IMG/VR virus record: IMGVR_UViG_3300013121_000013
Location: 91,647-155,646 of that record
Strand: one strand, 5' to 3'
DNA from: a virus
Lineage: Duplodnaviria; Caudoviricetes
Length of the DNA: 64,000 bases
The notes under the pieces are model-generated. The model worked only from the letters and a program-made list of their open reading frames with translations, was not told the DNA's origin and searched no databases. Numbering within the stretch: position 1 is the stretch's first letter; each line of letters opens with the position of its first letter. This document shows positions 29,781 to 39,748 of the stretch, one piece after another. The position numbers were made by a program, and so were the translations under genes.

Positions 29781-30230
29781 ATGCAGACATTTCTTCCACT
29801 TCCAGACTATACACAAAGCGCTAAAGTATTAGATACAAAACGACTAGGAAAGCAAAGAGTCGAATGTAAACAACTTCTTAATACGATACTAGGATTGACA
29901 GCCACTAAAGGCTGGAAGTACCATCCAGCTACTAGAATGTGGAAGCATCACCCACAGGCTTTAGTGGAGTATTCAATTTGTATCTGTAAGGAGTGGATAG
30001 GAAGAGGGTACAGAGATTCGCTCCTTCCCTTTTTTCAAGGATTAAGATCTACTGGTCCGACAGATGTTCCTTGCTGGTTTGGAAATAGGTTTTTCCATGA
30101 ATCGCATCAAAGTAATTTATTGAGAAAACTCTCATCTTACTATATTACATTCAACTGGAACGTTCCTAATAACTTGCCATATTTCTGGCCAACCTGTCGT
30201 TGCGGAGAAATTAATGAAGCATCAAGTTAA
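29781..30230 (+). CDS. pyrimidine-dimer DNA glycosylase family (MSMEG_6728/DenV-like)
   Basis: MQTFLP...LDTKRLGKQRVE...HPATRMW...HESHQSNLLRK...YFWP. Confidence 0.85.
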   Translation: MQTFLPLPDYTQSAKVLDTKRLGKQRVECKQLLNTILGLTATKGWKYHPATRMWKHHPQALVEYSICICKEWIGRGYRDSLLPFFQGLRSTGPTDVPCWFGNRFFHESHQSNLLRKLSSYYITFNWNVPNNLPYFWPTCRCGEINEASS

Positions 30231-30669
30231 ATACGTACCTAAAGAATGGGGCTATGAGAAATGGATCGAGAATAATGAAAAATATTGTGGAAAGATTCTT
30301 AGGATATACAAACAATATAAGACATCTTTCCATGTACACAACATTAAGTCAGAAACGTTTTATTTACAGGAAGGGCTGGTTTTTGTAAGGGTTAAAGAAC
30401 CAATAAATCTTGATAAGTTCGCTCATAAAATAAAGTTAGTTTTACTTAAACCAGGAGATTGTTTGCATATCCCAGTAGGTACAAGTCACTCTATTATTGC
30501 GCTTGAAGACTCAAGTATTTTTGAAGTTTCAACACAACATGTAGAAAGCGACAGCATTCGGTTCGATTATAGTAGGAAACTAGCTGATAGTGAATTCGAA
30601 AGGTATAAAGATATTTTAGGCAAGTTGTATGAGTCTGGGGTTTATGAAGAGACGATCGAGGTTCTCTAA
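30214..30669 (+). CDS. cupin-domain protein (sugar isomerase-like)
   Basis: KEWGYEKWI..NEKYCGKIL, SFHVHNIKSETFY, HSIIA, FEVST. Confidence 0.75.
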   Translation: MKHQVKYVPKEWGYEKWIENNEKYCGKILRIYKQYKTSFHVHNIKSETFYLQEGLVFVRVKEPINLDKFAHKIKLVLLKPGDCLHIPVGTSHSIIALEDSSIFEVSTQHVESDSIRFDYSRKLADSEFERYKDILGKLYESGVYEETIEVL

Positions 30670-30726
30670 GGATGAGAGGTATATCTGCAAAATATACATT
30701 ACTGGGTTCGAATCCCAGCTCGATCT
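30654..30726 (+). tRNA. tRNA-Cys(GCA), overlapping the 3' end of the cupin CDS
   Basis: GATCGAG/CTCGATC, TATAT-CTGCAAA-ATATA, CTGGG-TTCGAAT-CCCAG, U discriminator. Confidence 0.78.
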
Positions 30727-30729
30727 TAT

Positions 30730-30875
30730 AGTGCCAAGCGAAAAATTTAAAGCGGGATCAAAAGTTGACTAGTGGACTTTGATCTACGTAATAGAGGTGA
30801 TTCTTGCCGGCCACTTACGAAAGATAGCCCAGCTATTATCTCATCACCACCGAAGAGATTTAGCGTTCTGGCACT
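30730..30875 (+). ncRNA. candidate structured ncRNA (about 146 nt)
   Basis: closing stem AGTGCCA/TGGCACT with nested helices; no ORF. Confidence 0.45.
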
Positions 30876-30877
30876 AA

Positions 30878-30895
30878 TTGATAGATGTCTATCAA
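30878..30895. promoter_or_regulatory. 18-bp palindromic motif, copy 2
   Basis: TTGATAGATGTCTATCAA. Confidence 0.7.
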
Positions 30896-30899
30896 ATTT

Positions 30900-30931
30900 T
30901 CAAGGCTGAGAGATCAATCTCTCAGCCTTGA
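30900..30931. terminator. strong hairpin before helicase gene
   Basis: TCAAGGCTGAGAGAT-CA-ATCTCTCAGCCTTGA; no U-tract on +. Confidence 0.45.
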
Positions 30932-30952
30932 GTTACTAAAGAGGTTGAAGAT

Positions 30953-32461
30953 ATGAAGAATGCTGTATTTACTATTTTCGGAAACTTGGTTGGTTTAGCC
31001 ATTGATGGAGAGCCATCTATACCAAAAAATATAAAATCTTTAATAGAACCTCAATTAACCTATACATTTCAAAAGAGATTGTTTGGAGTTGATAGGTTCG
31101 ACCCTAATACAGGCCATAAAAGAGATTTCTTATTTCAAGAAAGAAAACTGTATAAATACGACGCTTCTAACAGGATGTGTTTTTGTATAGGTTTTATAGA
31201 GAGAGTTTCTGATATAGTCAAAAAAGCTGGATACACGGTCAAATATGTGGACATTAGCCCAAAGCTTCCTCGTAAAAATTGCTATAAGCCAGTCTGGGAT
31301 AATATCGCAGATATGAGCTTTAAAGCTAAACAAGATGTAGCAGTAGCTTCAGTAGCGGCTCATCATAGAGGCGTTATAGTAGCGCCGCCAGCATTTGGTA
31401 AGAGCTTTATGTTATTGTTTATTTGTAAGCTGTTTCCTCATGCTAAAATAGATATTATAACGAAAAGAAAAGACATAGTATTAAAGACCGTAAGATTTTT
31501 AACAAAATACATTCCTAGCATAGGCCAAGTAGGTGGAGGCAAAAATAGTTACTCTAGAGTAACAGTATTCACTGCAGATAGTTTACATAAAAGTAAGTTT
31601 GACGCAGATATTATTTTAGTTGACGAAGCACATGAGTTAATGGCCGATTCTTATGCATCTCAATTGTCGAAATATAGGCATGCAAGAGCCTATGCATTCA
31701 CAGCCACTCCAAAAGGGCGAAAAGACGGGACAGACGCTAGATTAGAGTCCATATTCGGTAAGACAATCTTCTATATGTCATACCAGGAAGCAGAGGCTCT
31801 AGGAGTTGTAACACCTATATTTATAGATTGGCTAGATATTCAGATATCCCCAAACCCATGCGCTGGTAAAAGTGATGTGCCGAAGCGACGATGGGGTCTA
31901 TGGAGGAATAATGTTAGAAACTCAATAATTGCTAGCCATCTCACTAAAAACTATAAAGAAGAGCAGGTTTTAGTTTTGGTAGATACTATAGAGCATGCTC
32001 TATATTTACGTAAGTACTTACCAGATTACTCTTTATGTTATGCAGAGAACGGAATAACAGATGAAGAGCATGAGTTTTATGTAAAACAAAAACTCATGGA
32101 CAAGGATGAAGTAATAATAGATGCAGATATTAGAGAACAACTCAGACAGGATTTTGAGTCCGGTAAACTCAAAAAGGTTATAGCCACAGGTGTTTGGAGC
32201 ACAGGCGTAGATTTCGTTAACTTGCAAGTTTTAGTACGTGCTGATGGTTCTGACGGAGAGATAATAGATTTCCAGGCCCCTGGAAGAGTATGCAGAATAT
32301 CGAGCACTAAGCAATATGGAATTGTAGTAGATTGTAGAGATCAGTTTGACCCTGGTTTGCATAGAAAAGCTAAGAAGAGAGAAAAGAACTATAAAGCTAA
32401 GGGTTGGAAAAACATCTCTCCAAAAATGCTAAAAGAAAAATCAGGTGAGCAAGAAAAATGA
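30953..32461 (+). CDS. SF2 DNA helicase (UvsW-like)
   Basis: APPAFGKS, LVDEAH, FTATP, STGVDF, QAPGRVCR. Confidence 0.88.
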   Translation: MKNAVFTIFGNLVGLAIDGEPSIPKNIKSLIEPQLTYTFQKRLFGVDRFDPNTGHKRDFLFQERKLYKYDASNRMCFCIGFIERVSDIVKKAGYTVKYVDISPKLPRKNCYKPVWDNIADMSFKAKQDVAVASVAAHHRGVIVAPPAFGKSFMLLFICKLFPHAKIDIITKRKDIVLKTVRFLTKYIPSIGQVGGGKNSYSRVTVFTADSLHKSKFDADIILVDEAHELMADSYASQLSKYRHARAYAFTATPKGRKDGTDARLESIFGKTIFYMSYQEAEALGVVTPIFIDWLDIQISPNPCAGKSDVPKRRWGLWRNNVRNSIIASHLTKNYKEEQVLVLVDTIEHALYLRKYLPDYSLCYAENGITDEEHEFYVKQKLMDKDEVIIDADIREQLRQDFESGKLKKVIATGVWSTGVDFVNLQVLVRADGSDGEIIDFQAPGRVCRISSTKQYGIVVDCRDQFDPGLHRKAKKREKNYKAKGWKNISPKMLKEKSGEQEK

Positions 32462-33207
32462 ATAAACCAACTCCTGAAGATCTGAAGTTGGCTACATATT
32501 TAGTAAGACTTACCGCCATTAAGATTAGAGAATTGTGGAAACTGGCCTACAGAAGATGGCAGGCCTCCAACGGAAGGCCACCGAGCTATAGACATAGCGT
32601 TAGATGGGACGGAGGAATAGATCCTCATAGTAAGAAACAATATTCTTGTATATGGCTTAAGATTGCTACGTATCTTCTAGAAAGACGACTAGTTGAACTA
32701 GAGCCTTTCGTGAATGCGCAGCTATACGATAGCCATATAGGCATTAGACCAACACCAAGTCTAATGTTAGGCCAGCAAGGATTTGCTAGATTTATTAAAT
32801 CTAATAGATTGATTAAAGAGTCCATTCAAGTCGGACTGGAACGACAAAGAATGACTGCTAGAATGGCCATATCAAACGCCATCAATCTATACCCAGACGA
32901 TATAAAGTCTGCTTATAGTTATGTTATTCTAGATTCATCGATAGAACTAACCCCTTTATTCCGTTATTGCCTTTCTATAGAAATGGGGCTTGAGAACTGC
33001 GCTAAGTTTTGGCAGAAAGCAGCTCTAGTTCAATACTTTCTTAATCCTAGTATCTATAATCTACATTTAAAGGACTATATTCCTAAAGATTTAAAATATA
33101 AGTCTGACACTATTCATATCAACATCCAAATCATAGACAAGAAGGGGCTAGAGAATGAACTTAAACGGCAATTCGAAAAAGAAAGGGCAGCAGAAGCCTT
33201 TACGTGA
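32458..33207 (+). CDS. hypothetical protein in replication cluster
   Basis: 249 aa ORF coupled to both helicase genes. Confidence 0.65.
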   Translation: MNKPTPEDLKLATYLVRLTAIKIRELWKLAYRRWQASNGRPPSYRHSVRWDGGIDPHSKKQYSCIWLKIATYLLERRLVELEPFVNAQLYDSHIGIRPTPSLMLGQQGFARFIKSNRLIKESIQVGLERQRMTARMAISNAINLYPDDIKSAYSYVILDSSIELTPLFRYCLSIEMGLENCAKFWQKAALVQYFLNPSIYNLHLKDYIPKDLKYKSDTIHINIQIIDKKGLENELKRQFEKERAAEAFT

Positions 33208-34861
33208 ACCTATGGATACTCCATCTAAAGACTCTATGGTTCTTCATTTGGTTAGAGTACCGAAGATATATCGATTGGCAAAAGACAAACTTAAGCCAGA
33301 GATGTTCCCAAAAGAAGACATTGTATATGCAGTGGTATGGAGGGCTCTGTTAAATATTGTATCTAAGTCCGAGACTGGAGATTTACCAGACAAAGGTTTT
33401 AGAAGAAAGCTTGAATCAGAGATAGTATCGATTCTAAATTCAGATCCAGATCTAGACCAATCTGTCTATACAGAACTTCTAGGAGACGACAGCAATTCAG
33501 AAACTGGTCTTATAGATTGGATATTTAAAGTAGAAGATAGCGATTTAGACGAGTTTGAAGGTACGACTCTTTTAAAGAAATATCTGCATGATCAAACTGT
33601 AGTTAGACCTCTTAAAGATTATGTCTTCAATCTAGGTAATCAAATACCAGAAGACATATCAGAATTGTTACGAGGAATTGAGGCCCAGAAACAAAAAGTA
33701 GAGTCTATAGGCGACATAAAGGCAGCCCCAGCTATCACAGAGCTTTATGAGCCAATAGATGTCCCAAAGTTTACGACTAATGTGTCGTTTTTAGACGAAT
33801 ACATGAGCGGAGGCCAGGCTGATGGAGAGGTATATGTTTTATTAGGTCCATCTGGTGTAGGTAAAACAACTCTAGGGGTTCAGATTTGTTGTTCGGGAGC
33901 TAGATACGGGCAACAGCTATACAGATCATCAAAGAACGAGAAGGATCTTAGGCATTGGTATTTCTTCTCATATGAGCAGCCAATCAAGCCCGATATCTAC
34001 CACAGAGTGTGGTCGCATATGGCACAAATACATGTGGATACATTTAGAAATAATGAAAAATTAAGTACTTCTAGTGATCTTAAGCCGTATGAGATAGAGA
34101 AGTTTAAAAATCAGCTAGCTCAGAATTTAAAAGTGCCAGGTGAACAAGAGAGATTTAACGCAATATCCAAAGAATTGAATCCATTGAACTTATGGCTGTT
34201 CGACATGTCGGGATTTGATGACCCCACTGCTGGACGAGGTGGTGTTGACGAGATGGTAAGGGTCATAGACGACGAATATAGGTCTGGAAAGAATATTGGA
34301 GGAATGGTCATAGACTACGCAGGTCTGGTTGCAGATAGATACATCGCTCATAACAGTTTAAGATATGACGATCTAAGACATATTTTGAGAGGATTCGTTG
34401 ATAAAATACGCACTCTTATAGCGTCTAAGTATTCGTGCCCTGTCTGGGTTCTACATCAGTTGGCTGGCGCTGCTAATAAGAAAAGCCCGATGGCTAAACA
34501 GCACCATGCGGATGCTGCAGAATGTAAAACATTTGGCGATAATGCAGTATTTGCTTTCAGTTTAGGCACAAAAGACGACAAGAATATGTGTAGAATAACT
34601 TGTTCCAAGTCTAGACGATCTGCTGGAACAACTCTTGAAAAGATCATCTTTATCGATGGCGCGTACTGCACTATGAGAGGTATGGACGGACAGTTTGTGT
34701 TCGACTCTACAGCAAATAGAATTATTTCTATAAACGAACAGCAGCAATTCGTTAGCCCAAAAGCTAGGAAAAAGCCAGCACCAGATCAATCAGCAGTTTT
34801 AGGTATGGATAAAGCCTTATGGCCTACTGCTAGAAATATAGAACTTGGAGATGATAACTAA
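33155..34861 (+). CDS. DnaB-like replicative helicase
   Basis: LLGPSGVGKTT, FSYEQ, VIDYAG, VLHQL, KSR; adjacent to primase. Confidence 0.82.
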   Translation: MNLNGNSKKKGQQKPLREPMDTPSKDSMVLHLVRVPKIYRLAKDKLKPEMFPKEDIVYAVVWRALLNIVSKSETGDLPDKGFRRKLESEIVSILNSDPDLDQSVYTELLGDDSNSETGLIDWIFKVEDSDLDEFEGTTLLKKYLHDQTVVRPLKDYVFNLGNQIPEDISELLRGIEAQKQKVESIGDIKAAPAITELYEPIDVPKFTTNVSFLDEYMSGGQADGEVYVLLGPSGVGKTTLGVQICCSGARYGQQLYRSSKNEKDLRHWYFFSYEQPIKPDIYHRVWSHMAQIHVDTFRNNEKLSTSSDLKPYEIEKFKNQLAQNLKVPGEQERFNAISKELNPLNLWLFDMSGFDDPTAGRGGVDEMVRVIDDEYRSGKNIGGMVIDYAGLVADRYIAHNSLRYDDLRHILRGFVDKIRTLIASKYSCPVWVLHQLAGAANKKSPMAKQHHADAAECKTFGDNAVFAFSLGTKDDKNMCRITCSKSRRSAGTTLEKIIFIDGAYCTMRGMDGQFVFDSTANRIISINEQQQFVSPKARKKPAPDQSAVLGMDKALWPTARNIELGDDN

Positions 34862-35901
34862 TGATTAACTCAGCACTTTATATGACTTTGAATAGAAGAT
34901 TCGGAGAAGTTAGAATAGCTAACGAAGACGAATCAATGTCAGCTAGCTATGGTTATGATGCTATAACAGGCAGACCTAAATTTAGTATAGGTCATATGGG
35001 TGAAAGTTATAGAGTTTGCTGTCCGTTTTGTGGCGATCAAAGATTTAGACTGTGGATTAATCATAGATGGGCTACTAGAGAGCCTGGCACTATGAATAGA
35101 TACATGTCTTTAGCCAAATGTTTTAATGAAGACTGTATAGCCAAGAGAGGATGGAGACAGCTAGAAAACTATATCTTTAATAGGTCCAACGTTTGTATCG
35201 ATCTAGACGTACCTATTAGAAGAGGCATATCTAAACTGGAAGAGGTATCAATGCCAGGAGAAGTTCGTTTGCTGTCGGACTTACCTGCCAGCCACCATGC
35301 TGTTAAATACCTATGTCAGCGAGGATACGATATTCAGGAGCTATCGTCTATATTTAAGATTTGTTATTGTTCTGATACCTCAAATAAAGAATATAATTTG
35401 GCGTCTAACAGAATTATAATTCCTGTTTATATGAAATCAGTTCTTGTCGGTTGGCAAGCCAGATATATAGGAGACAGGGACTGGCATGATAAAGAATTTC
35501 GAGTCTTAAAATACTTTTCTATACCACACTTTAGAAAAAGCCTAGTTTTATACAATTACGATGAGGCTATCAAAGACGATGGATTTGTTGTAGTTTGTGA
35601 AGGTCCAAGTGATTCTTGGAGAATAGGCCCATCTTCTGTAGCTTTATTTGGTAAATCTATCAGCGTTGAACAAGTAAGCTTGATAGCCAATACCTGGCAA
35701 AATGGATATGTCGCAGTAATGCTTGACAGAGATGCGATACAAGATTCTTTCAAAGTGGCACTTAAACTTAGAGAAAAAATAAAGAATGTATTTGTGATCA
35801 GCCCTCCTAAAGGATTTGACGACCCAGGAGACGCGCCTAGATCAGTTCTTTGGGATCATATAAGTAAAGAGGTTAAGAATGAAATTATTTCAAGGGTATG
35901 A
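34861..35901 (+). CDS. DNA primase (Zn finger plus TOPRIM)
   Basis: CCPFCGD, YLCQRG, RIIIPV..GWQAR, VVCEGPSD, MLDRD, DDPGD. Confidence 0.88.
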   Translation: MINSALYMTLNRRFGEVRIANEDESMSASYGYDAITGRPKFSIGHMGESYRVCCPFCGDQRFRLWINHRWATREPGTMNRYMSLAKCFNEDCIAKRGWRQLENYIFNRSNVCIDLDVPIRRGISKLEEVSMPGEVRLLSDLPASHHAVKYLCQRGYDIQELSSIFKICYCSDTSNKEYNLASNRIIIPVYMKSVLVGWQARYIGDRDWHDKEFRVLKYFSIPHFRKSLVLYNYDEAIKDDGFVVVCEGPSDSWRIGPSSVALFGKSISVEQVSLIANTWQNGYVAVMLDRDAIQDSFKVALKLREKIKNVFVISPPKGFDDPGDAPRSVLWDHISKEVKNEIISRV

Positions 35902-38900
35902 TGAGCCTTTAGCCAGATATGTGCCGGCTTGGCCCATAGACGCTCCTGGAATGCCTTTGCCAGGTAAAGATTTCGTGACTTATGCGGAACTCCTTGAACC
36001 AGACATTAAGACGTTTATAAAAGGGGCTGGAAATAAGGCCAAGCTTAAAAGCTTTCCATCCGTTTTACAAGAGCTTTACGATAGGGCTGTATATGAATAT
36101 AGATTTAGTATAGATGTTAACAACAGAGGCGTTACCTACAACGCTGAGTTTTTACCTGGACACGTATGGGGAGATGGACAAGACCAGACAGAATTATCGG
36201 AAGATATAGACATTGGCTCTATATCCAGTAAATTTCTTCCTAATATTAACTACGGACCACCTATTGAAGGTTGCGACGTTATGGTTATCGGTAAGATGCC
36301 TGGATCTGAAGAAATATCTATTGGAAGAAACTTTACTGGTGATTCTGGCGCGCTTCTAAAGAATACATTAGACGAGTTAGAGGTAGAAGATTATGACAAT
36401 TGGTATGTAACTAATTTGATTAAGTTTCCAAAACTAGATCCAAGAACAAATTCAATACCTCCGTCATTTATAAAAGATTGCCTACCTATACTTCATATGG
36501 AGATGAGATTAGTAAAGCCTAAGTTTATATTGTTACTTGGATCTGAAGCGGTTTCTTATGTACTGGGCAAGTCTAATAAACTGGCTAACACTGTAGGAGA
36601 GATTTTTGAATATAAGATCGATCTTAGAAAAAGCGAATCCGAGCCAGAGAATTTTCACATAGCTAAGGTAATGACATGCTCTCATCCAGCTAGAGTTGTT
36701 AGGTCGCCAGATTTAAAGCCTCAGTTTATAGAAGAGCTTAGATTGTTTACTAAGCTATTGGCTGGAAGTAGCGTTGGTCGAAAAGAACTTGATCTAGAAC
36801 ACCATATAGTTAAAGACGAACAAACGCTCTCTGATCTTGTAGATAAAATTCTTTCAGAGAAAGACAACAGTGTAATAGCTGTTGATGCTGAATGGCATGG
36901 TGAGCAACCATTTGAGAGTGGCTCATATCTTAGAAGTATACAGTTTAGTCATAAGCCTAAGTTTGCCATATGCGTGGCTCTTAATGCTGCTGGTGGGATA
37001 CCTATATTTAAGAATAAATATGGGCAGGTGGACTTAAAAAGCGCGCTTCCACATATGGAACGACTATGTAAAAGCACAGAAACTAGAAAAACTAGAATAG
37101 TTGGCCACTTCTTTAGAGCAGACTTACCATGGTTGGAACACTATGGTTTGAATCTTAAAAATGAATTCAATGCGCCTAAAGATAGAGACGACAAATTTGG
37201 ATGGGAACTAACAAAGACAGAGGGCGGATTTGATACAGGCCTTGCAGCTCACTCTGTAGACGAGACAGGAAGATTCAAGCTAGAAATACAAGCAGCTTCT
37301 TTATTAGGTACACCTAGATATGACTCACAACTTCAAAAATGGAAGGTCGCTTACTGTAAAGAGAAGAAGCTAAAAGCTGACGATCTAGAGGGGTATGGTG
37401 ACTGCCCAGACGAGATTTTATATCCTTATGCGGCCTACGACGCAGATGTTACTAGAAGATTATTTGAAGTTTATAATGGGCATCCCAATAAAATCTTGAT
37501 TAGACAAACGAATAAAGATTTTATGGGATTTGGTTTATTAGATTACGACGCTTACGGCATGTGCTCACGAGAGGCTTTTTGGATATCAATGAGAGCATCT
37601 CCTGGATTTCTGGAGATGGAGCAAACAGGCGTGTATGCAGACAGAAAGAGGGGAGAAGAGTTAACGGAGCTATATAGTAGTAAGTGCTCTGATCTAAACG
37701 CACAACTGCAGATACTATTAAATTGGCCTAATTTTAATCACAAGTCTGACGTACATCGTAAGGAGCTTTTGTTTGGAGAGAAGTATAACGGCAAAGTTAA
37801 CAAGTCTGAGCCTGGCAAGATTCAGAGGGTTAGACCAGAAAAAGCTATGTCTCTGTATATGACTCCTATAAAGTCAACCAATGGAAAAGATTGGACTAAT
37901 ATAATATCAAAAGGTACAGAGAATAAGAACTCGCCATCTTGTGATAAAGAGTGTCTTTCTATTCTTGCTGCAAGAGATAAGACCGGAATTGTATCTGTTC
38001 TAAGGGATGTAAGATTTTTAGATCATGTTTTTCATTCAACCCTTAGAAAACCCAAGATTGAGATCTCTAGCAGTCAGGTAGGCACTGTTAAGAGGGACAA
38101 ATTCGGAAATATAGAGTTTTCAGGAGGACTACTTTCTTATATTTGTAGCGACGGCCGGATACGCACGCACTTATTTCAAACAAAGGAAACAGGTAGAGCC
38201 TCATCTTCTAGGCCTAATTTACAGAATTTGGGCAAGAAGAGAGAGGTGGATTATAAGAGAATATTAGGCGATGACTACAGATACCCACTTCGAACTATTC
38301 TTTCCTGTCCTCCAGGTAGTGTGTTAATAGAGGCGGATTATAGCGGTGCTGAAGTGGCTGGTGCTGCGTGGATGTCCGACGACGATACCCTTATGCAAGC
38401 TGTGTCAGATCCAAGCTTCGATATGCATAGCAGCATAGCTGTAGAAGCTTTTCAGCTCGATTGTGAGCCGAATAAGGACGGACTTAAGAAGGTAGGATTA
38501 AGTCACCTTAGAAATGCAGCTAAGGCCGTGATCTTTGGTTATTTCTATGGTCAGGGCGCTGAAGCTGCTGCCAGAAAAGCTAAGGAAGAGACTGGTAAAG
38601 AAATCACTGTTGAAGATTGTCGTAGGCTTCAGAATAGACTTGAGAAAAAATTTCCAAAACTGGTGTCTTTCTTTGTAAATTGTAGAGCTAGAACCAAGGA
38701 CCCAGGTTGGATTTGTAATAGTTTCGGACGGTTTAGAAGATTTAAACAGACTTCAGATTCTCAGGCTCAGGGAGAGTCTGAAAGACAGGGTATGAATTTT
38801 CCGATTCAGAGCATGATTGCAGATGCCGTATCTAAAGCTATCGACAATTTCATGTCATATAGAGAGTCTAACCCGGATATCTATTTTAAACTTATCCTTC

Positions 38901-39223
38901 AAATACACGACGCTATACTTTTTGAAGTTCCTGTTAGACATGCTGAAAGGTTGTGGTCTGAAGTTATTCCCAAATGTATGATAGATCAGGTACCTATTTA
39001 TCCTGTAACTCTAGCAGGCATACCTACTGGTAAGGGGCCTTATAGACTAGAGGTAGGCAGAGATATGTATATTAGATGGGGTGAAGAGATTTATAAAGAT
39101 GAGATGAAGGCCTTTGACCTTCCTGAATTCATGGGAGCAAAGAGAAATGCTGATGACAAAAGACCTCCAAGAATCGAAGAATATCGTTCGCACGCTTTTC
39201 CAGAGGGTTCTTCCAGTTCCTAA
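35879..39223 (+). CDS. polA: family A DNA polymerase with N-terminal uracil-DNA-glycosylase-like domain and 3'-5' exonuclease
   Basis: UDG-like VMVIGKMPG..E...GRNFTG/HPA; exo VDAE and YAAYDA; TGRASSSRPNLQN, ADYSGAE, RNAAKAVIFGYFYG, QIHDA. Confidence 0.93.
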   Translation: MKLFQGYDEPLARYVPAWPIDAPGMPLPGKDFVTYAELLEPDIKTFIKGAGNKAKLKSFPSVLQELYDRAVYEYRFSIDVNNRGVTYNAEFLPGHVWGDGQDQTELSEDIDIGSISSKFLPNINYGPPIEGCDVMVIGKMPGSEEISIGRNFTGDSGALLKNTLDELEVEDYDNWYVTNLIKFPKLDPRTNSIPPSFIKDCLPILHMEMRLVKPKFILLLGSEAVSYVLGKSNKLANTVGEIFEYKIDLRKSESEPENFHIAKVMTCSHPARVVRSPDLKPQFIEELRLFTKLLAGSSVGRKELDLEHHIVKDEQTLSDLVDKILSEKDNSVIAVDAEWHGEQPFESGSYLRSIQFSHKPKFAICVALNAAGGIPIFKNKYGQVDLKSALPHMERLCKSTETRKTRIVGHFFRADLPWLEHYGLNLKNEFNAPKDRDDKFGWELTKTEGGFDTGLAAHSVDETGRFKLEIQAASLLGTPRYDSQLQKWKVAYCKEKKLKADDLEGYGDCPDEILYPYAAYDADVTRRLFEVYNGHPNKILIRQTNKDFMGFGLLDYDAYGMCSREAFWISMRASPGFLEMEQTGVYADRKRGEELTELYSSKCSDLNAQLQILLNWPNFNHKSDVHRKELLFGEKYNGKVNKSEPGKIQRVRPEKAMSLYMTPIKSTNGKDWTNIISKGTENKNSPSCDKECLSILAARDKTGIVSVLRDVRFLDHVFHSTLRKPKIEISSSQVGTVKRDKFGNIEFSGGLLSYICSDGRIRTHLFQTKETGRASSSRPNLQNLGKKREVDYKRILGDDYRYPLRTILSCPPGSVLIEADYSGAEVAGAAWMSDDDTLMQAVSDPSFDMHSSIAVEAFQLDCEPNKDGLKKVGLSHLRNAAKAVIFGYFYGQGAEAAARKAKEETGKEITVEDCRRLQNRLEKKFPKLVSFFVNCRARTKDPGWICNSFGRFRRFKQTSDSQAQGESERQGMNFPIQSMIADAVSKAIDNFMSYRESNPDIYFKLILQIHDAILFEVPVRHAERLWSEVIPKCMIDQVPIYPVTLAGIPTGKGPYRLEVGRDMYIRWGEEIYKDEMKAFDLPEFMGAKRNADDKRPPRIEEYRSHAFPEGSSSS

Positions 39224-39689
39224 AGAAGAGCTTGCAGCTATTACTCCTCGAAATGCTGTACAGATTCTGGTTCAGTCTTTCGGTTCTTTGATTAAGACCG
39301 ACAAGGATGTTTCATATAGAAATATTTACTATTTCCTGTATACGGTCTTCGGACGACATTATGGAATTAATATCAAACGACGTGCATGTTCTTCGAGCGA
39401 ACCTCGAACAAAGATTCAAATAGTGGAAGACCTAGGGTTGATTGATTCTTTATATGCGACTGCCTATTACTACTTATTCAAACTACCATTTATGGAAATG
39501 ACTGATGAAGCTTTTATCGAATACGTATCTTTAATTATGTCACACGATTGGACAGATCAGGACAAATCTCTAGACACTGCTGTTATGGCACAGCCAGAGA
39601 TGAGGGTCGTTATGCACAGCTTTGTCCCGCCTGCCGATACTGTCTTTTTTAAAGATAACAACGAGTGCCAAACTACTGTTAAAGTTTAA
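39114..39689 (+). CDS. hypothetical protein
   Basis: ORF following polA. Confidence 0.55.
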   Translation: MTFLNSWEQREMLMTKDLQESKNIVRTLFQRVLPVPKEELAAITPRNAVQILVQSFGSLIKTDKDVSYRNIYYFLYTVFGRHYGINIKRRACSSSEPRTKIQIVEDLGLIDSLYATAYYYLFKLPFMEMTDEAFIEYVSLIMSHDWTDQDKSLDTAVMAQPEMRVVMHSFVPPADTVFFKDNNECQTTVKV

Positions 39690-39748
39690 CTTATCACTAA
39701 AAGATTATTAATGGTGGTTGTTGAATTTGTGCAAAAAGGAAAAAAATC

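Noticed and set aside
6433-39223. Inteins or introns in nrdJ, helicases or polA
   Set aside because: Catalytic motifs are contiguous, lengths are explained by known domains, and no splice-junction motifs were noticed.
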